Shown: piece after piece, positions 60,966 through 64,000 of the stretch
Layout of the letters: each line of letters begins with the position of its first letter
Position numbering within the stretch: the first letter of the stretch is position 1
Assembly: GCF_000181795.1 (NCBI RefSeq)
Contig: NW_003526943.1
Coordinates: forward strand, 10,474,789-10,538,788
DNA from: Trichinella spiralis
Taxonomy: Eukaryota
Length of the DNA: 64,000 nucleotides
Direction: 5' to 3'
Notes under the pieces: generated by a model
What the model saw: only the letters and a program-made list of their open reading frames with translations
What the model was told of the DNA's origin: nothing
The model's database searches: none
Program-made: the position numbers and the translations under genes

Positions 60966-63900
60966 ATGGAACAATGGATAGCTGACAAACTTCATGATGT
61001 AATTGGAATTAGCGACCGATATATTGCCGATTTTCTTCTTGCATTAGCCAAGCGTTCCTCTAATGTGGATGATTTTTTGGGCGAAGTCAAAGCAACAGAA
61101 ACTGTAACTGTTGATGAAACGTTCGGTAAATTTGCCAGAGAATTATTTGCAAAACTACCTCGTCAATTGCCTGCTGTCGCAAGTGGCCCTTCAACGTATG
61201 AATTGAATCGACTGAAGGAGGAAAAAGCTAGACAGTTGCAACGTTGGAATGAGTCGTTTAAGCTTTTGTCAGATGAAGACAGTGACAACGACAGTGTTAA
61301 AGTTTCAAAAGCAAAACATTCACATATTAGGAAAAGGAACGTCGATGCTGGCGACAGTGATGAAGAAACATCGATAAGGTAAGAGAACTGCATTATTTTT
61401 GTTTCAGTATATTGATATTTCGCTTAATACGTTGTTACTCTATGTGCGAATACTTTGGTATGTTGTTGAAATATTGAAAAGGTAATGCTCAGTCATAATA
61501 AATACGTTTCTGTAGCTTTGAATTTAATTTAGTTTCGGTTTAATGGTTTCAATTTGTTTTTGGAAGAATGTTTTAAAACGGAATTACTTTTCATTGTATA
61601 CGTAGGTTTATATCGAGAGAATCGAAAATGAAGAAAGTTGTACTATCCTCTGATGCGGAAGAGGAATATGACAAAATGGAAAACGAGCGGCTTCGTGATT
61701 TGGAAGAGCGAGACGCACTAGCTGAGAGACTTAAAAAGAAGGATAAAGAGAAGACTAGGAATATCCTCGAAAAAACGGACAAAAAGGTATTGGTATTCAC
61801 ACTTTTAAGTTTGTTTGAATGATAAATAATGTTGGTGAATAATTGTAATTATACTCAGAAAGCTGTCGGAAAGGAATCTGATTTTATTTCTTTTTAATTG
61901 GAAAACTTTGCAAAATTCGCTTTTTACAATAATGCATTTGCAACGTGAACACTTTTTAGACGAGGAGGGTATTTACAGTAAGAGTAAATTATGTTCAAGT
62001 TTAATTTTTAGTGCAAAAGTGTAATTAAATCATGAAATTGCATATTGTTGTTTTAGTTATTTTGTTAAAGTTAATAAAAATATATAAAAAATAATTCTCA
62101 CCGTATAATTATTTTTGATGTTTGTTTCATATGAGATAAACTGTATATATGACATTTTAAATTTAGGCTTATAAAGAAGCAGCGGAACGTTTGAAATATG
62201 AAGCTGAAGATCGCCAGAAAATTGTCCCACAGTTACGAATTAAATCACGACGTGAATATTTGAAAAAACGTGAAGAACAAAAGGTTGAAGAATTGCAATT
62301 GGCCATTGATGATGAATTGCGTCTTTTTGCGGGTGAAAAGTAAGTGTGGAATTTTATTTACTTTTTGTATTTATGAAAATTTATTGTTTTTTTTCAAAGA
62401 CTAACAAAACGTGAAAAAATGGATTTGGAGTACAAGAAGAATGTGCTATATTTGGCAACAGAATATAAAAAAGCAGATTTAATTGTCAAAGCGGATCGAT
62501 ATCACATGCCGGATCAGGTGAAAGTAAGTTCATTAAACAGAGTTGTTCGATTTGAAATTTAACAGATTTATACGATTTAATATTTTTGAAATAGGAGATT
62601 CCAAAAAAGTACACTGAGATAGATGAGAAAGAACAAGGTCCAGGAAGTGAACAGCGTAAATGGGAAGATGAAAAATTGATGAATGCTCTTTTCAAGTATG
62701 GTGCCAAAGATGCAAAACAAAAAGTAAATTTTTTTAATAGTTGAGCTTATAATAATAATAATAATAATAATTTTTATTAAGATGGCGCAAGATTTTTCTC
62801 TCGTTTTGGAAGATACGGTTGATTTTGTGAAAGCTCTGCAACTACCGGGCACAGAGGAAAAAGTAATTTTTACAATATATTACCATTATTAATAATAAAT
62901 AAATGTTGAATGCAATTATACAAAATTTCAGGAAAATGCTGAAGAATTAGCTAGATTAAAGCAACGACAAAGTGTTGAAGAAACACGTCGATCTTTGCCA
63001 GTGTATCCGTTTCGTGAGGATCTTCTGAAAGCAATTGAAGATCATCAGGTATTGATAATCGAGGGTGAGACGGGTTCTGGCAAGACAACTCAAATTCCTC
63101 AATATCTGTACGAGGCTGGATACTGTAAAGATGGGAAAAAAGTCGCCTGCACTCAACCGAGACGAGTGGCTGCTATGAGCGTTGCTGCTCGAGTTGCGAC
63201 GGAAATGAACGTCAAGCTTGGATTGCAAGTTGGTTACAGTATTCGTTTCGAGGATTGCACTTCAGAAAAGACAGTAATCAAATACATGACTGATGGAATG
63301 CTTCTGCGGGAATTTCTTTCCGAGCCAGATATGCAGAGTTATTCGTAAATAAATTTTTGATAAAATTTATAACAAAATAAAATTGATCAAAACTTATCTT
63401 CTTATTTCTCATTTCAGAGTGGTTATTATTGACGAAGCTCACGAGCGCACTTTGCACACAGATATTTTGTTCGGCTTGGTTAAAGATATTGCTCGCTTCA
63501 GAACAGATATGAAATTGATGATTTCCAGTGCCACTTTGGATGCAGAAAAATTCAGCAGTTTCTTCGACGATGCACCAATTTTTCGTATTCCTGGTCGTCG
63601 TTTTCCAGTGGATATTTACTATACAAAAGCTCCAGAAGCGGACTACATCGACGCGTGTATAATTTCCATTTTACAAATACACCTCACCCAACCCCTGCCG
63701 GGGGATATTTTGGTTTTTCTGACTGGCCAAGAAGAAATAGACACCATATTGGAAGCGTTGCAAGAGCGATGCCGTCAAATTGGCACAAAAATGAAAGAAC
63801 TGGTTGTTGTACCGATATATGCAAATTTGCCTTCTGATTTTCAGGCGAAAATTTTTGAGCCAACACCACCAGGAGCGAGGAAAGTAGTGTTGGCGACAAA

Positions 63901-64000
63901 CATTGCTGAAACTTCAGTCACAATTGATGGTATATGCTACGTTATAGATCCAGGGTTTTGCAAGCAGAACAGTTACGATTTCAGACGTGGAATGGAATTT
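60966..64000 (+). CDS. DHX16: DEAH-box splicing helicase DHX16/Prp2 (mog-4-like); runs past the window end
   Basis: N-terminus [70 protein letters not shown] and ATNIAETS. Confidence 0.95.

Overview
AT-rich, intron-containing eukaryotic DNA, most likely a Trichinella-type clade I nematode. That call rests on the HSP70 sequence, ~55-70 nt introns, TTTTCAG-type acceptors just before start codons, and a GC-rich BEL/Pao element. The window is five contigs joined by N gaps (3373-4193, 12303-12312, 37160-37287, 40328-40524). Recognisable genes are PRC1/SPD-1-like, TYW2/TRMT12, intronless PP1 catalytic subunits (an inverted pair), an IGF2BP/IMP-type KH protein, ZNHIT2, MRPL21, HSP70, MDH2, MRPL13, MFSD6, GAR1, PIP4K2, MRPL20, a TACC-domain protein and DHX16. 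There is also a near-intact BEL/Pao pol with its 3' LTR and several TE remnants. Overlaps at contig ends suggest the scaffold lists three contigs in reverse order. The most notable biology is (i) three tightly spaced co-directional gene pairs that each end in a mitoribosomal gene, two with a UACUUU (Ur-like) motif ~55 nt before the acceptor, i.e. putative operons; (ii) the head-to-head PP1 duplication; (iii) a structured GAR1 intron; (iv) an IMP protein lacking one KH GxxG loop; and (v) a nematode TYW2. I found no decisive evidence of a wholly new biological system. Exon boundaries were read by eye and are approximate.
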